Positions 62,570-64,000 of a stretch of 64,000 nucleotides of DNA are shown in pieces. The translations under genes and the position numbers were made by a program. Position 1 is the first letter of the stretch, and each line of letters starts with the position of its first letter. The notes beneath the pieces are model-generated. The model made no database searches. It was not told the origin of the DNA and saw only the letters and a list, made by a program, of their open reading frames with translations. The stretch spans positions 19,319-83,318 of the forward strand of contig JBMFKQ010000001.1 of NCBI GenBank assembly GCA_049972095.1, given 5' to 3'. The stretch is from Elusimicrobiales bacterium (GTDB lineage: Bacteria > Elusimicrobiota > Elusimicrobia > Elusimicrobiales > UBA9959).

Positions 62570-64000
62570 ATGAAAATGAGCACAAAATCAAAAAGCTCAA
62601 ATAAAACAAATATTAAACTTCCAAAGAAGCTTATTTATTTTTTTGGGGGTGGTAAAGCAGAAGGCAATGAGTCAATGAAGAACATACTTGGTGGTAAGGG
62701 TGCAAATCTTGCTGAGATGGCCGGACATCCTGATTTAAGACTTCCAGTTCCACCGGGTTTTACAATAGTAACAGATGTTTGCACATATTACTGGGCGAAT
62801 AATAGAAGCTATCCAGCTGGGCTTAAAGAAGAGGTTGAGAAGTATTTGAAGAAGGTTGAAGAAATCACGGGTAAAAAGTTTGGTGATCCAAAAAATCCAC
62901 TTCTTGTCTCAGTAAGATCCGGTGCAAGAAAGTCAATGCCCGGAATGATGGAAACTATTCTTAATGTTGGGCTTACAACAAAAACAATACCAGGATTGAT
63001 TGAACTAACAAATAATCCAAGGTTTGTATGGGATGCATATAGAAGGCTTATAATGATGTATGCAGATGTTGTTATGGAAAAAGCTCAAGGGATAGAACCA
63101 AAGGATGGGATGGGTATAAGAAAACAACTTGATATGATGATGGAGGAGGTTAAGAAGAGAAAGGGTGTTGAAAATGATACTGATCTTAATGCAAAAGACC
63201 TTGAGGAGCTTTCATATAAATTTAGAGAAAAGGTTAAAGAGGTTTTGGGAAAAGAATTTCCTGACGATCATATGAAACAACTATGGGGAGCAATAGGTGC
63301 AGTTTTTGCTTCATGGAATGGAAAAAGGGCGGTTGCTTACAGAAGGATTGAGGGAATTCCTGATGATTGGGGAACTGCTGTTAATGTTCAGGCGATGGTT
63401 TTTGGAAATATGGGAGATGACTCAGCTACGGGTGTTGCATTTACAAGAAATCCAGCTACAGGTGAAAACAAGTTCTATGGAGAATTTCTTCCCAATGCTC
63501 AAGGTGAGGATGTTGTTGCAGGGATAAGAACACCAAATCCAATAAATGAGGATAGTAAAAATGAGCATTCAAAGCATCTTCCTACACTTGAACAGTTAAT
63601 GCCGGAAATTTATAAACAACTCCTTGATATAAGGCAAAGGCTTGAGAAGCACTACAGAGATATGCTTGATATTGAGTTTACAATAGAAAAAGGCAAACTC
63701 TATATGCTTCAATGTAGAGTCGGAAAAAGAAATGGAACAAGTGCAGTTAAGATAGCTCTTGATATGTATAAAGAAAGGCTTATAACTAAGGAAGAAGCTA
63801 TTATGAGAGTCACTCCATCCCAGCTTGATGAGTTACTACATCCACTTATAGATCCAGCAGACGAGAAAAATAATAAGCCTATTGCAAAAGGACTTCCTGC
63901 TGGGCCTGGAGGTGCTGTTGGAAGGATAGTTTTTACTGCCCAGGATGCTGTGGAATGGACGAAGAAGGGTGAAAAGGTGGTGCTTGTTAGAGAAGAAACA
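62570..64000 (+). CDS. ppdK: pyruvate, phosphate dikinase (N-terminal 477 codons; runs off window end)
   Basis: Not in the ORF track because no stop falls inside the window. Hand translation gives MKMSTKSKSS...LIYFFGGGKAEGNESMKNILGGKGANLAEMAG...PVPPGFTI...VSVRSGARKSMPGMMETILNVGL, which is a classical PPDK N-terminus. The tracked +2-frame ORF 63297-63527 is spurious. Confidence 0.93.
   Translation, partial: MKMSTKSKSSNKTNIKLPKKLIYFFGGGKAEGNESMKNILGGKGANLAEMAGHPDLRLPVPPGFTIVTDVCTYYWANNRSYPAGLKEEVEKYLKKVEEITGKKFGDPKNPLLVSVRSGARKSMPGMMETILNVGLTTKTIPGLIELTNNPRFVWDAYRRLIMMYADVVMEKAQGIEPKDGMGIRKQLDMMMEEVKKRKGVENDTDLNAKDLEELSYKFREKVKEVLGKEFPDDHMKQLWGAIGAVFASWNGKRAVAYRRIEGIPDDWGTAVNVQAMVFGNMGDDSATGVAFTRNPATGENKFYGEFLPNAQGEDVVAGIRTPNPINEDSKNEHSKHLPTLEQLMPEIYKQLLDIRQRLEKHYRDMLDIEFTIEKGKLYMLQCRVGKRNGTSAVKIALDMYKERLITKEEAIMRVTPSQLDELLHPLIDPADEKNNKPIAKGLPAGPGGAVGRIVFTAQDAVEWTKKGEKVVLVREET

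Noticed and set aside
1-64000. Searched the ORF set for transposases, integrases, phage structural genes, restriction-modification genes, toxin-antitoxin pairs, reverse transcriptases and cas genes
   Set aside because: None of the translated ORFs shows the corresponding motifs. The window reads as core chromosome, so no mobile element or known defence island is reported.

Overview
This is an AT-rich, very tightly packed chromosomal segment. Most intergenic gaps are under 150 bp, many stop/start codons overlap, and some convergent genes abut with no spacer. The host looks like a diderm bacterium, because it encodes LolA-like, ExbB/ExbD/TonB and several outer-membrane beta-barrel candidates; I cannot assign the lineage from sequence alone.

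I call about 73 CDS and 3 tRNAs (His-GTG, Arg-TCT, Ser-GCT). I also call a degenerate CIRCE operator with a sigma70-like promoter in front of groES-groEL, one clear intrinsic terminator and a few consensus-like promoters.

The content is mostly housekeeping:
- def-fmt and rpe
- rpsP-KH-trmD-rplS-rnhB-yraN
- a nucleoside salvage block (punA-like, pdp, upp)
- nfi and pcm
- trxB, queD, maf and cutA
- ADP-forming acyl-CoA synthetase plus Fe-ADH
- tsaC/sua5, mtnA, yggU and yggS
- groESL
- rpsO-pnp-accB-ftsK-lolA-pgsA-pgpA
- cinA and the start of ppdK

I found no transposases, integrases, phage genes, CRISPR arrays, restriction-modification genes or recognisable defence systems.

I could not demonstrate a clearly new system. 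The best candidates for follow-up are:
1. A translationally coupled four-gene operon on the minus strand at 45221-49565: a receiver domain fused to a non-canonical GGDDF cyclase-like domain, a Hanks Ser/Thr kinase with a large polytopic C-terminal membrane domain, a PP2C phosphatase, and a tandem degenerate FHA-like protein.
2. A kinase-less TM + 3xPASTA + C-terminal beta-domain protein that sits exactly where PrkC sits in the Firmicute def-fmt-...-prkC-...-rpe neighbourhood.
3. A PtsN/EIIA-like protein coupled to an APC permease-Usp fusion.
4. Two PorV/TraF-like outer-membrane barrel loci, one fused to an LpoB/CsgG-like periplasmic domain and one heading an ABC-2 exporter operon.
5. A tandem pair of small paralogous membrane proteins appended to the exbB-exbD-tonB operon.

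All functional calls rest on motif and family recognition by eye in the translated ORFs. No database search was run.
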